Source: Patescibacteria group bacterium (lineage in GTDB: Bacteria; Patescibacteriota; Minisyncoccia; Phycocordibacterales; UBA918). Taken from it: a stretch of DNA of 64,000 bases. Below the pieces are notes generated by a model, which saw nothing but the letters and a program-made list of their open reading frames with translations, had not been told where the DNA came from and ran no database searches. How positions within the stretch are numbered: the stretch's first letter is position 1; the number at the start of each line of letters is the position of its first letter. Positions 48,020 to 57,702 of this stretch are shown here, in pieces. The stretch lies in contig JAIELQ010000005.1 in assembly GCA_019752815.1 (NCBI GenBank), forward strand, positions 140,816 through 204,815. The letters are read 5' to 3'. The position numbers and the translations under genes are program-made.

Positions 48020-48856
48020 TTAAATTGTAGCATGAACATTTTTTGAATTATGATTAATCCCACGTTTTGCCCTCAATGCAAAAATACCTACTAATGCATG
48101 TAAAAAGGCATTGCTTAATGGGTAAAACATTAATGGATGCCAAAGTGCATCATGTGTGATGAATGTTACGATTCCCAGTAGTGCGTATGCCAGAGCCCAA
48201 ATAAACCAAGGTGAAGCAGCTTCGGTGTAATCAGAGTTATAGGTTGTGCGAAGTATTGGGTAAAAGGCTGGAAATGTTGATAGGTTAGATAAAAATAAGA
48301 ACAGAACAACAAATGTTTCTTTTGTTTCAATTTCTAAATTTCCGAACAAAATTAAGAACCATATAGAAACATAGCCAATGGTAATTACTATGTCAGAAAC
48401 AAATGAAAACTTGTCATATTTATCATTAGGCCACCAATCTTCTGGCCACCAATTTGTCGGATCATTTTTTCTGGCTCTTACCCAGCATCTATAAGAAACA
48501 ATGATTGCAAATACAGCACAGACTGACGGTAGAATAAGTTCTGGAAAAGTGGCGTCAGTATCCCATTCGAGAATTGTCAGAATGGCGGTACCATAGGCAA
48601 ACATGAACCAGGTAACCGGATTAGGGTCAATGTCTTCATGAAGTATATAAATTAGGTAACCGACGACTTGTAAGATGCCGGCAATAATACCCAGGAGAAG
48701 TAAAATTGAGATACTGCTTAATGCTTCTGTAGAAGAAAGTTTGTAGAACGCATATGTTCCGATACCATACAGCGTTGTAAAGGTAATAAAAAAGTAAACT
48801 AAAAAACGCACCGGAAACTCAAATGCGAAATTAATTACTTTGGCCACTAGGTTCAT
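48020..48856 (-). CDS. Trp-rich polytopic membrane protein, paralog A (family unknown)
   Basis: 8 TM; motifs TWFMFAYGTAILTILEWD, WWPEDWWPND, NLSTFPAFYPILRTTY. AT-rich codon usage like the rest of the window. Confidence 0.55.
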   Translation of the reverse strand: MNLVAKVINFAFEFPVRFLVYFFITFTTLYGIGTYAFYKLSSTEALSSISILLLLGIIAGILQVVGYLIYILHEDIDPNPVTWFMFAYGTAILTILEWDTDATFPELILPSVCAVFAIIVSYRCWVRARKNDPTNWWPEDWWPNDKYDKFSFVSDIVITIGYVSIWFLILFGNLEIETKETFVVLFLFLSNLSTFPAFYPILRTTYNSDYTEAASPWFIWALAYALLGIVTFITHDALWHPLMFYPLSNAFLHALVGIFALRAKRGINHNSKNVHATI

Positions 48857-48967
48857 TTCTACAGTATAGAGTATTTTATCAATATATTTTGAAATGTGCG
48901 GGGATTTACATATTTAGAAAATAAAAAATTCACCCGACGCCATATTGTTATGGCGTCGGGTGGTGTT

Positions 48968-49744
48968 TTACTCGGCAGGGTTCATTACCGCCGGTTTTGG
49001 TTCTCTTCCGGCAAAGATGGCCATGAGACCATGCATTACGGTGTTGATGACCGGATAGGACATCAGCGCCAAGAATGCATAGAAGCTGACGTCCCAAGTA
49101 AGCGGCGAAGCGCTTATCGGCCAGACCATGCCGTCGCTTCCATGTACCCAGGTGGGTACGAGGAGTAATGCATAGGCCACGGCCCAGATTGTCCACGGAC
49201 GAGCATCCTCTTTTTCCGGATGGGCCCAGGCCTGCCGCAGGATTGGCACGAAGTTCGGAAACGTCGTCAGGTTTGACGCAACCAGGAAGGCAATAACCCA
49301 CCACAGGTGCGTGTTCCCTTCTGTCGTTCCAAACAGAGTGAAGATCCAAAGAACGGTGTAGCAGATGGTCAGCGCGATGTCAGCGGCAAATGCCTTGCCA
49401 TCGGTTTCCTTCCACTCGACTTTCCATTCTTGTGGCCACCACTCCCCCGTCAGACGGAGGTTTGCGCGCCAGATTCCAACTGCCACCCCAATGCCCCCGA
49501 GGGAACAAATGATAGGCAGCAACAGAACACTGAATACATTCATCCACGAAACATCGGCAGCCGCTTCCTTCCACATGGAGTCAAGCTCCATGACGGTCAG
49601 AAGTGCTGTTCCGTACGCGAACATGAACCACGTCAGCGGTTCTGCTTCCTTGCCTTCCTTACGGATGACAAGGATATAGTAAGCGATGTATCCAGCAAGC
49701 TGGAAAATTCCGGCCGCAAGGCCAAAGTAAGTCGCATCGACCAT
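48968..49744 (-). CDS. Trp-rich polytopic membrane protein, paralog B, encoded in a GC-rich block
   Basis: Shares the motifs TWFMFAYGTALLTVMELD, WWPQEWKVEWKE, NLTTFPNFVPILRQAW with paralog A at moderate identity. DNA composition is markedly GC-richer than the flanks. Confidence 0.55.
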   Translation of the reverse strand: MVDATYFGLAAGIFQLAGYIAYYILVIRKEGKEAEPLTWFMFAYGTALLTVMELDSMWKEAAADVSWMNVFSVLLLPIICSLGGIGVAVGIWRANLRLTGEWWPQEWKVEWKETDGKAFAADIALTICYTVLWIFTLFGTTEGNTHLWWVIAFLVASNLTTFPNFVPILRQAWAHPEKEDARPWTIWAVAYALLLVPTWVHGSDGMVWPISASPLTWDVSFYAFLALMSYPVINTVMHGLMAIFAGREPKPAVMNPAE

Positions 49745-49837
49745 TTCGGCCTCCTATTGTTTTTTGACCAGACTGTCAATACTATAGCATACTTTAACAA
49801 AAAAAGTAAACCCCACACCCCAAAACCTGTTGATAAA

Positions 49838-50320
49838 TTAGTTTTCTATAATAATCACTCTCTCACTTTCAGTTGGTTCCTCAAATGCATCGATTGTTTG
49901 CTGAACTAACTCCCTACTAACTTTTGATCTTGTTGGATTCAGGTTGTTTTCTTCCCAACGTTGCCAAATTGTTTCGGTAGATGTTTTTACATAAATCACC
50001 TTACACTCAACATTGTTAGCTCTTGCTATCGCACGCAGTTTATCCCGACTAGCTACAGTATGATTGGTAGAATCATACAAAACCGACTTCCCTGCTTGTA
50101 GCGCACCAGCTGTCAGCTCATAGGAGGTATTAAATATCACATCCCACTCCTGTGTATCAGGAAGCTTGTTGTCATCCCAGCTAAAACCATTTGATTCAAA
50201 CAGCGAGTCAATACTTATCAGTTCAATATCAGTTTCAGCTACAATTTGTCGAGCAAGATAAGACTTCCCGGAATATGGATGTCCGCATAAGATAAATAGA
50301 GTACATTTTGAGTGCTGCAT
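49838..50320 (-). CDS. P-loop NTPase, predicted small kinase (AAA_33/zeta-toxin-like fold)
   Basis: Walker A CGHPYSGKSYLA at the N-terminus; 160 aa. Confidence 0.55.
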   Translation of the reverse strand: MQHSKCTLFILCGHPYSGKSYLARQIVAETDIELISIDSLFESNGFSWDDNKLPDTQEWDVIFNTSYELTAGALQAGKSVLYDSTNHTVASRDKLRAIARANNVECKVIYVKTSTETIWQRWEENNLNPTRSKVSRELVQQTIDAFEEPTESERVIIIEN

Positions 50321-50338
50321 TTTTTGAAACAGTAAAGT

Positions 50339-51172
50339 CTATTTTAGTTTAGTCGTCTTAACGAATTCTTTAACTTTTTTAACATCAATTCTTTGTTCAA
50401 ATCCTTTTACGTTTCTTTCACCAGCCTTATTTGTGCCTGACTTTAAAGCCGTGCTCACAATTGCTCCATTTGAATTTTCCAATAAACCTTTAATGTTATC
50501 AACGCTCGCTCCACTGCCAACCAAAATTGGGAAATCTTGAATATTCTTACGTAGTTTAGAAACGGTCTCAGCAGTAGGTGCTTGTCCTGTCCAGTCGCCT
50601 GTAACTATTACAGCATCTGCCCCAGCTTTGATTGCTTTTTTACTTGCCGCTTCAAGCGTGTGAGTCGTTATGTGTTTTGAGTGCTTAACTAACACATCAG
50701 CAAATAGAGCGACATTATTTGCTAGATACAGTTTTTGAATCGCTTTAACATGCTTTGGATTTCCTGTGATGACACCACAATATGGTTCAACCGTATCGAC
50801 AAATACTGGAATACGAATAAATTTTAAATCATATGTATGAGCAAGAGCAAAAGCAACCTCATAATCATTCCAAAGGACGCTGGCACCGAGCGGTAATCTT
50901 GTATGTTTTTTTAGCTCGTTTATGAGATAACCCATTGCAATAGCTACTGAGGAATCAATTTTTTCTTTTGAAAGTCCGTAGTTATTCTCAATAAAAATAC
51001 CGTCAACCCCACCTGCTTCAAAGGTCTTTAAGTCAGCAATAGCGTATTTAAGTGCATGCTTGTATCCTGCGAAATCATCAAATCCCAACAGTGGTGGAAA
51101 ATGTAAAGCTCCAATAACTATATTTTTGTCTTTTTTAAAGATTTTTTTAAGAGGGTTTACCATGCTGCACAT
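50339..51172 (-). CDS. BtpA/SgcQ family TIM-barrel protein
   Basis: IVIGALHFPPLLG, FIENNYG, VLVKHS, AVIVTGDWTGQAP, LVGSGASVDNI, NGAIVSTALK follow the BtpA family pattern. Confidence 0.6.
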   Translation of the reverse strand: MCSMVNPLKKIFKKDKNIVIGALHFPPLLGFDDFAGYKHALKYAIADLKTFEAGGVDGIFIENNYGLSKEKIDSSVAIAMGYLINELKKHTRLPLGASVLWNDYEVAFALAHTYDLKFIRIPVFVDTVEPYCGVITGNPKHVKAIQKLYLANNVALFADVLVKHSKHITTHTLEAASKKAIKAGADAVIVTGDWTGQAPTAETVSKLRKNIQDFPILVGSGASVDNIKGLLENSNGAIVSTALKSGTNKAGERNVKGFEQRIDVKKVKEFVKTTKLK

Positions 51173-51190
51173 TATAGCGCATTATTTAAG

Positions 51191-51961
51191 TTACAGCTTT
51201 TGCGCTTTAAATCCGAGAATATCTTTATATCTATTATTTCCAAATAGTATTGGATAAAAGTCTTCTTCTGCGATGATTTCTTCATTTGAGTTTGTTGTAC
51301 AAACGACTTGACCCACATTTATTTGTTTAAAGTTTTCAATTTCTTTAGACAAAACGTAGTCTCCTTCAAAATTCTTTTTAAATGCATCGTACACGTCATA
51401 TACAGAACTTGTTGATACTTCGCGTGGATTAGAAAAAGGATTTTGATTAATTAGTCCGTAACTCATTAGAATAGCAGCTATATCATGAACTGTTGCATTC
51501 ATAACGGATTCACTATCATCTAGCCCGTACTCAAACGCAATGCCAATTTTTGCTTGTGAGACTAGAGCATTGTCGCTCTTGTGTCTCATGATTAATACTT
51601 TTGGAGGAGAAATTAACTCAAGCACTCGTTTAGTCTCTTCATCATATTTTGTAACAATAATCATTGAGTTCTCACCCAAATCAGTTGTTTTTGTAGAATG
51701 TATATCAATCACTAAATCAGCCTGTAAAATTTTTTCAGATAGTTCAAATGCCCTTCTCTCCTCATAATTACCATCCGGTTTACCAGGAAAAACACGATTG
51801 AGATCCCCTTCAGTAAAAGGCACCCCTAGTTCAGAAGCTTTTGGATTACCAACAATAAATTCAACTTGGTTAGGGTACAAGTTTAACTTTCGCAATTCTT
51901 CAATAACCTGAAGTCCAATTCTTTCATGTCCATGAGTCGACCCAATAATTAAAATTTTCAT
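51191..51961 (-). CDS. Succinylglutamate desuccinylase/aspartoacylase (AstE/AspA) family zinc hydrolase
   Basis: MKILIIGSTHGHERIG (the HxxE zinc site), DLNRVFPG, DLVIDIHST. Confidence 0.75.
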   Translation of the reverse strand: MKILIIGSTHGHERIGLQVIEELRKLNLYPNQVEFIVGNPKASELGVPFTEGDLNRVFPGKPDGNYEERRAFELSEKILQADLVIDIHSTKTTDLGENSMIIVTKYDEETKRVLELISPPKVLIMRHKSDNALVSQAKIGIAFEYGLDDSESVMNATVHDIAAILMSYGLINQNPFSNPREVSTSSVYDVYDAFKKNFEGDYVLSKEIENFKQINVGQVVCTTNSNEEIIAEEDFYPILFGNNRYKDILGFKAQKL

Positions 51962-51983
51962 TTTAGATTTACGTGATTGTAAT

Positions 51984-52508
51984 TTAATTTAAATACAAAA
52001 AGACCATTGGGAGGAGGAGCCACCAGAAGAACCATTCTTTGGGTGAAAACAGTGATGCTATCGGGGTGCCGGGGGTGACGAATTCCGTGACGGGTAAGAC
52101 GTGAAAACTGTAGGCCATAATGAGGATGGTGCCAGCGAGTGCGAGGAGGATTTTTTTGAAGAAACTCTCGAATTTTTTCTCCCGATAGGCGTCGGGCATG
52201 ACGCGGGCAACTAATATTGTGGCGATGGTAGTGAATATGGCAAACAGCACCATCTTCCCTACAGCCAGACTATGTTCGCTCGCGTTATTCGGGAGGAAGG
52301 TGTCGTAGTATGGGAACTCGAGTGAAATCAAGAGCGCCAGGTACAATCCAAAAATGATATTGATGAGGGACTGCCGCCCACGCACAATGGCCCACACGAT
52401 GAAGAATCCAAATACACAAAAGAGGTAGATTAATTCCTGAAGCAGACTAAGAACGTAAGCCGTGTCCATGTCTTTATATTCTATACCCCATCCGACAATT
52501 TGTACCAC
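51984..52508 (-). CDS. Hypothetical membrane protein (5 TM)
   Basis: Hydrophobic profile only. Confidence 0.45.
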   Translation of the reverse strand: MVQIVGWGIEYKDMDTAYVLSLLQELIYLFCVFGFFIVWAIVRGRQSLINIIFGLYLALLISLEFPYYDTFLPNNASEHSLAVGKMVLFAIFTTIATILVARVMPDAYREKKFESFFKKILLALAGTILIMAYSFHVLPVTEFVTPGTPIASLFSPKEWFFWWLLLPMVFLYLN

Positions 52509-52522
52509 TGAGCTGTGGTGTA

Positions 52523-53213
52523 AATCTTAGGGGTTAAACCCCTAAGATTGTTATACTTAAATTAATGCCACGAAAAATAATCCCACTTATTACTGGTGAT
52601 ATATATCATGTGTACAATCGGGGTGTAGATAAACGTGAAATTTTTTTAGATAAAGAAGATTACCTCAGATTTTATATATCGTTGGATTTCTTTAATGTTA
52701 TTGAGCCTGTGATAAATTTTGATAGTGCAAAAGTAAGAAAAGATAGAAATCTTAAGGAAGATAAATTAGTTGAAATTCTCGCATATTCCCTGTTACCAAA
52801 TCACTTCCATTTAATATTGCAACAAAATGTAGATAGAGGAATAAGTGAATTTATGAAGCGAATTTCTGGTGGGTATACTAGTTATTTTAATTCAAAACTT
52901 GAGAGATCGGGTTCCTTACTTCAAGGTACATTTAAAAAAGTACCAGTTCAGAGTCAAGAACAATTACAGTATTTAATGGCTTATGTAAATGAAAATCATT
53001 TTGTGCATGGTATAGAAATTAAACGTGAAATTTGTCACTCGAGCTCACTGCACTACCAAGGTCTTAATAAAAGCAAAATAATTAATCAATCAAATGAGAA
53101 GTATAACTTTGAAAGTAATGTACTTCTAGCAAAAGACATCTACCAAAAAAGACGAAGTTTAAAGTACTCAGATTTAATGGAAAACTAATCTTAGGGGTTT
53201 AACCCCTAAGATT
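52523..53213 (+). mobile_element. IS200-like/RAYT transposase unit: a HuH tyrosine transposase gene flanked on both sides by near-identical palindromic hairpins
   Basis: Left hairpin AATCTTAGGGG-TTAAA-CCCCTAAGATT (52523-52549). Right hairpin AATCTTAGGGG-TTTAA-CCCCTAAGATT (53187-53213) overlapping the transposase stop. No other copies seen in the window. Confidence 0.7.
52565..53188 (+). CDS. IS200-like / REP-associated tyrosine transposase (RAYT, TnpA_REP)
   Basis: GDIYHVYNRGVDKREIFLDKEDYLRFY..., then HuH motif LPNHFHLILQ, and downstream Tyr-containing YLMAYVNENH. Confidence 0.7.
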   Translation: MPRKIIPLITGDIYHVYNRGVDKREIFLDKEDYLRFYISLDFFNVIEPVINFDSAKVRKDRNLKEDKLVEILAYSLLPNHFHLILQQNVDRGISEFMKRISGGYTSYFNSKLERSGSLLQGTFKKVPVQSQEQLQYLMAYVNENHFVHGIEIKREICHSSSLHYQGLNKSKIINQSNEKYNFESNVLLAKDIYQKRRSLKYSDLMEN

Positions 53214-53222
53214 AGGGCGTTG

Positions 53223-53642
53223 TTAGGTGAGGTTATCTAGGGCGTGTCTGGTGGCGTCTTGGAGGTGTTTGAAACGGTCACCCATTAGTTTGGTGCCACC
53301 AAACCACCTTGTGACACATACGATGCAGTTGGTGACGTCATAGGTCTGCATCACACGTAGTATGACCATGCCGGCGCCGGTTTCGCCGTCGTCTGATTTT
53401 GTTTCGTAGACAGCGCCCTCGTGTGTGATGCGGGCGGCCCAGCTATTGTGGTCGGCTTTTTGATATTGTTTTTTGGATTTTAATTGTTTAAGAAACGCTT
53501 TGATATTGTCACGACCTTCTACCCTGCCAAAGCTTGCACTATATTTACTACCGCGGTCCTCGATGATGTATTCAAACAATTCAAAGGAGCTGGACGGTTG
53601 TTTGCTATCGCCAAAATCAAATGACGTGGATTGTTTGGGCAT
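53223..53642 (-). CDS. YigZ/IMPACT family protein (UPF0029). The ORF extends to 53678; the Met at 53642 is likely.
   Basis: IIEDRGSKYSASFGRV..., HNSWAARI...DDGETGAG..., CIVCVTRWFGGTKLM. Confidence 0.75.
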   Translation of the reverse strand: MPKQSTSFDFGDSKQPSSSFELFEYIIEDRGSKYSASFGRVEGRDNIKAFLKQLKSKKQYQKADHNSWAARITHEGAVYETKSDDGETGAGMVILRVMQTYDVTNCIVCVTRWFGGTKLMGDRFKHLQDATRHALDNLT

Positions 53643-53699
53643 GTTGACAGTATGATACCAAAATTGTAGTGTAAGCAATAGTTTGGGAAAGGAAAGCTA

Positions 53700-53912
53700 A
53701 TGTCACAGTCAGAAACATCTAAGGCTGAGTACAAGAAGTACAATCCTCCGATTATTTTTATCTACCTGTGGCCGACCATTATGACGATGGTGGTGTTTTA
53801 TCTGCTACATTATGATGTAATTGTTGTGCTGTGTATCGGAATTGCTGTATATGGTTTTCTCAATTACCTTCAGTACTTGGCAAATTATATTGTGACTGTG
53901 CTGAAGAAATGA
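53700..53912 (+). CDS. Small two-TM membrane protein (70 aa)
   Basis: RBS GGAAAGGAAAG before the ATG; an upstream TTGACA-N17-TAGTGT; two hydrophobic helices. Confidence 0.4.
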   Translation: MSQSETSKAEYKKYNPPIIFIYLWPTIMTMVVFYLLHYDVIVVLCIGIAVYGFLNYLQYLANYIVTVLKK

Positions 53913-53920
53913 AACAAAAA

Positions 53921-53950
53921 AGGGCGCCAGCGATTGGTGCCCTTTCTGCT
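53921..53950. terminator. Bidirectional terminator between the small membrane protein gene and dnaJ
   Basis: AGGGCGCCA-GCGAT-TGGTGCCCT flanked by an A-run and a T-run. Confidence 0.6.
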
Positions 53951-53957
53951 GTCCCTG

Positions 53958-55022
53958 TTAGATTCCTTCAGCGCGGAGTTCCTCGACTAGTTTTTTGGCT
54001 TTTTTGCTGAGGCTCTTTGGATTGGCGATTTCAATTTTGATTAAGAAGTCACCGCGGCGGGTGCCGTCAACGGGGACGCCTTTGCCTTTAATCCGAAGGA
54101 GTTCACCGTGGGCGATGCCGGCTGGAATGTTGACTGATACTTCCCCATCGAGGGTGACGATTTTGTAGGTTGCACCAAGTAAGGCATCGGTTAACTTAAT
54201 TGGTTGCTTGGTGTAGAGGTTGGCACCGTCGCGTTTGATGGTATTGTGGGGTTCTACCTGGACCTTGATGTAGAGGTCGCCGGTTTGGCCGCCTTTGATG
54301 GCTTCACCACGGCCGGTCATGCGGATGACTTCGCCGTTTTGAATACCGGCGGGGACTTTGATTTGAATTTCCTCTTGGGTACGGGCGACACCGGCTCCGG
54401 CACAATTGGTGCAGCGTTCTTTGGGGATCTTGCCGGTACCGTTACAGGTACTACATTCACGTACCGTTGAGAAACTGCCCATGACGGTCTGACGAGCTTC
54501 ATGGATTTTACCGGCACCGTTACAGGTACTGCAGGTGGTGACATCAGTTCCCTTTTTGGCACCACTACCTTCACAGACAGTACAAGTAGCGTTTTTGGTA
54601 ATGAGGACTTTGCGCGTTACACCGAAGATCGATTCTTCGAAGTTGAGGTTAATATCAATCGAGATGTCGCGACCGCGAGATTGTTTGCGGCCACCACCGA
54701 AACCGAAGTTTTCAAAGATATCACTAATATCAAATTCGAAGTTCGCTCCCCCTCCGCCCTGCTGGAAGTCTGCCCAATTGAATCCACCAAAACCGCCACC
54801 TGGTTGACCGCCACCGTTAAATGAGTGGCCGTAGGTGTCGTATTCAGCTTTTTTCTTTTCGTCACCTAACGTGGCGTAGGCTTCGGTAATTTCTTTGTAC
54901 TTGGCCTCATCACCGGTTTTTTTGTCAGGATGGTATTGGGCAGCAAGTTTACGAAATGCCTTTTTTACTTCGTCACGTGAGGCGCCTTTTTGGAGTCCGA
55001 GAACTTGGTAGTAGTCTTTCAT
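53958..55022 (-). CDS. dnaJ: Chaperone DnaJ
   Basis: J-domain [22 protein letters not shown] region, four CxxCxGxG zinc-finger repeats. Confidence 0.95.
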   Translation of the reverse strand: MKDYYQVLGLQKGASRDEVKKAFRKLAAQYHPDKKTGDEAKYKEITEAYATLGDEKKKAEYDTYGHSFNGGGQPGGGFGGFNWADFQQGGGGANFEFDISDIFENFGFGGGRKQSRGRDISIDINLNFEESIFGVTRKVLITKNATCTVCEGSGAKKGTDVTTCSTCNGAGKIHEARQTVMGSFSTVRECSTCNGTGKIPKERCTNCAGAGVARTQEEIQIKVPAGIQNGEVIRMTGRGEAIKGGQTGDLYIKVQVEPHNTIKRDGANLYTKQPIKLTDALLGATYKIVTLDGEVSVNIPAGIAHGELLRIKGKGVPVDGTRRGDFLIKIEIANPKSLSKKAKKLVEELRAEGI

Positions 55023-55098
55023 AAGATGATGTTTGCAATTATGTCACAAGGATACAACAATCGCAAAAGCTTTGCTTTTGCGATTGTTGTAATTTGTA

Positions 55099-56988
55099 TT
55101 ACGCGTTCTTTTGATCATCTTCAACATCGGCGTCACGTACATTTCCTTCGGCACTTTCAGTTGGCGTTTCAGTCTTTGGCTCCTCTTGGTGCTTGGCCAT
55201 CTCTTCGCCAATTTTCTGCATAGCGGTACTTAAGGCCTCACTGGCGTTTTTGATAGCTTCAACATCATCTTTGCTCTTGGCTTCGTTCACTGCGGCCATC
55301 TTGGCAGTGACATCATCCTTGATTTCTGGAGGGACTTTGTCACCGTGATCTTTGAGGGCTTTTTCGGCAGTGTACACCATTTGTTCAGCGAGGTTGCGGG
55401 TGTCGATAAGTTCTTTCTTTTTGGCGTCTTCACCGGCATGTTCCTCGGCTTCACGCTTCATGCGTTCGATATCAGCATCAGTGAGCCCTGAAGAGGCTTC
55501 GATTTTAATTGATTGTTCTTTGCCGGTTGATTTGTCTTTGGCGGTTACTTTAAGTACACCGTTACTGTCGACATCAAACACTACTTCAATTTGTGGGACA
55601 CCGCGGGGTGCTGGTGGAATACCATCGAGGACAAATCGTCCGAGTGATTTGTTGTCACTCGCCATTGGGCGTTCACCCTGAGTGATGTGAATTTCAGTTG
55701 ATGTTTGGTTGTCAGCGGCAGTTGAGAATACTTGCTCCTTTTTAGTTGGAATGTGCGTATTTTTCTCGATGAGTTTTGTAGCTACTCCACCCATAGTTTC
55801 GATACCAAGTGATAGTGGAATTACATCAACAAGCGTAATGTCTTGCACATCACCTTGGAAGATACCGGCTTGAATCGCGGCACCAAGAGCCACTACTTCG
55901 TCGGGGTTGATAGTTTTATTTGGTTCTTTGCCAAACAGTTCTTTTACCGCGGCGATAATTGCCGGCATACGGGTTTGTCCACCGACTAAAATTACTTCGT
56001 CGATATCTGCGAGCTTGAGTCCTGAAGCTTCCATGGCGCGCTTGGTAATTTCGATAGATTTGTCGATAAATTCGTGGGCGAGTTCTTCGAGTTTGGCCCG
56101 AGTGAGTTTAATCGCGAGGTGAACTGGTCCGTCGGTACCTTGGGAGATAAACGGAATGTTAACTTCGGTTTCGGCAGTAGTTGAGAGCTCCAATTTTGCC
56201 TTTTCAGCGGCTTCATCGAGTCGTTGGAGGGCAAGCTTGTCTTTACTGAGATCAATGCCGTCTGAGGCCTTAAAGGTGGCAATCAGGTGACGGATGATGG
56301 CTTGGTCAATATCACGACCACCCATGTGCGCGTCTCCGTCGGTTGATTGGACTTCAATCACGTCATCCCCTACTTCGAGCACTGATACGTCAAATGTTCC
56401 ACCACCAAAGTCGTACACGACGATTTTCTCGTCTTTCTTTTTATTAAATCCGTAGGCGAGCGCCGCGGCGGTTGGTTCATTGATGATTCGTTTTACTTCT
56501 AGTCCAGCGATTTTACCCGCGTCTTGGGTGGCTTTACGTTGTGAGTCGTTGAAGTAGGCCGGTACCGTGATAACGGCTTCGGTAATTTTTTCTCCGGTTT
56601 TTGCTTCGGCGTCGGCTTTGAGTTTTGAGAGAATCATCGCGGACACTTCCTCTGGTCGGTATTCTTTTCCGTCCATTACCACAACTGCCCCACCGTCTGT
56701 ACCTTTTTTAATTTCGTACGGAACGATGTTTTTGTCTTTTTGAACTACTTCCTCATCGAAACTGTGTCCCATGAAGCGTTTGATACCGTAGATGGTATTG
56801 GTCGGGTTGGTGACCGCCTGACGCTTGGCAATCTGCCCTACGAGTCGTTCTCCAGTTTTTGAAATAGCGACCACTGATGGTGTGGTGCGAGCGCCCTCAA
56901 TATTTTCAATAATGGTTGGTTCGCCTGCTTCAATAATAGCCATGGCGGAGTTAGTTGTTCCAAGATCGATTCCTAAAATTTTTGCCAT
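55099..56988 (-). CDS. dnaK: Chaperone DnaK (Hsp70)
   Basis: [27 protein letters not shown], and an acidic C-terminus. Confidence 0.97.
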   Translation of the reverse strand: MAKILGIDLGTTNSAMAIIEAGEPTIIENIEGARTTPSVVAISKTGERLVGQIAKRQAVTNPTNTIYGIKRFMGHSFDEEVVQKDKNIVPYEIKKGTDGGAVVVMDGKEYRPEEVSAMILSKLKADAEAKTGEKITEAVITVPAYFNDSQRKATQDAGKIAGLEVKRIINEPTAAALAYGFNKKKDEKIVVYDFGGGTFDVSVLEVGDDVIEVQSTDGDAHMGGRDIDQAIIRHLIATFKASDGIDLSKDKLALQRLDEAAEKAKLELSTTAETEVNIPFISQGTDGPVHLAIKLTRAKLEELAHEFIDKSIEITKRAMEASGLKLADIDEVILVGGQTRMPAIIAAVKELFGKEPNKTINPDEVVALGAAIQAGIFQGDVQDITLVDVIPLSLGIETMGGVATKLIEKNTHIPTKKEQVFSTAADNQTSTEIHITQGERPMASDNKSLGRFVLDGIPPAPRGVPQIEVVFDVDSNGVLKVTAKDKSTGKEQSIKIEASSGLTDADIERMKREAEEHAGEDAKKKELIDTRNLAEQMVYTAEKALKDHGDKVPPEIKDDVTAKMAAVNEAKSKDDVEAIKNASEALSTAMQKIGEEMAKHQEEPKTETPTESAEGNVRDADVEDDQKNA

Positions 56989-57003
56989 AATAAGTAATGT
57001 AAA

Positions 57004-57612
57004 TTAGCTAGTATATTCTCCTACTGTTACTCGAGCCGGACGAATTAGTTCTTTGTTACCGTCAACGTCAATTTCGTATCCCTGCTGTATAACCGACAGT
57101 ACCTTGTTGTTCTGCGTTTCATCAGTCACTGGCACCTGTGCCAAGGCTTCGTGTCGGTTGTGGTCAAATTCTAGTCCTGTTGGGTCAAACGAGGTAACTT
57201 TATACCCTGATAAAACACTATTGAGTTGCGAGAGAATTCCCTCAACCCCCTTGCGCCATTTCTCGTCTGCTTTGGCCCAGGTTTCTTTATCGAGCATCGC
57301 CAGGTAGAAACTGTCACACAGTGGCAGTAGTTTTTCTACATGACTGATGGTCAGGCGAGCTTTGTCACGGATGCGGTCTTCTTCTAATCGGCGTTTTCCG
57401 TTTAAGAAGTCGGCTTTGCTGCGTTGGAGTTCTTCGAGTAAATTTCGGTTCTTTTCTTCGCTTTCTTTTAACTTCGTCTTTAAGGTTTTTAATTTATTAT
57501 CTTCGTCGTTTTCAATTTCGTACAGTTCAGGGTCATGAGTTTCGGTCGTATCGGTATCGTTGGTGATTTCTAGATCGTCCTGAACTTTGTCTGTATCATT
57601 TTTGTTCACCAT
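57004..57612 (-). CDS. grpE: Nucleotide exchange factor GrpE
   Basis: Acidic N-terminus, coiled coil, then the GrpE core ...RLEEDRIRDKARLTISHVEKLLPLCDSF... Confidence 0.85.
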   Translation of the reverse strand: MVNKNDTDKVQDDLEITNDTDTTETHDPELYEIENDEDNKLKTLKTKLKESEEKNRNLLEELQRSKADFLNGKRRLEEDRIRDKARLTISHVEKLLPLCDSFYLAMLDKETWAKADEKWRKGVEGILSQLNSVLSGYKVTSFDPTGLEFDHNRHEALAQVPVTDETQNNKVLSVIQQGYEIDVDGNKELIRPARVTVGEYTS

Positions 57613-57650
57613 GTCAGCATTATAACGCGGAAAAAGAGTGGTGTCAAAAA

Positions 57651-57677
57651 GAGGGTCACCGTAAGACAGTGACCCTC
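57651..57677 (-). terminator. Perfect 9-N9-9 palindrome upstream of grpE; a terminator for the preceding minus-strand gene and possibly an operator
   Basis: GAGGGTCAC-N9-GTGACCCTC with a T-run on the minus strand. It has CIRCE-like geometry (9-N9-9) but not the CIRCE sequence. Confidence 0.5.
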
Positions 57678-57702
57678 AGTGAGACTATGTAAATATTTAG
57701 AA

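Noticed and set aside
48896-49909. Several overlapping ORFs on both strands (for example 49307-49909 + and 48948-49349 -) inside the GC-rich block
   Set aside because: GC-rich DNA generates long spurious ORFs. Only the minus-strand 48968-49744 frame gives a coherent polytopic membrane protein homologous to its neighbour.
54204-54865. Multiple ORFs on both strands inside dnaJ
   Set aside because: Artefacts of the G-rich CxxCxGxG/G-F region of dnaJ.
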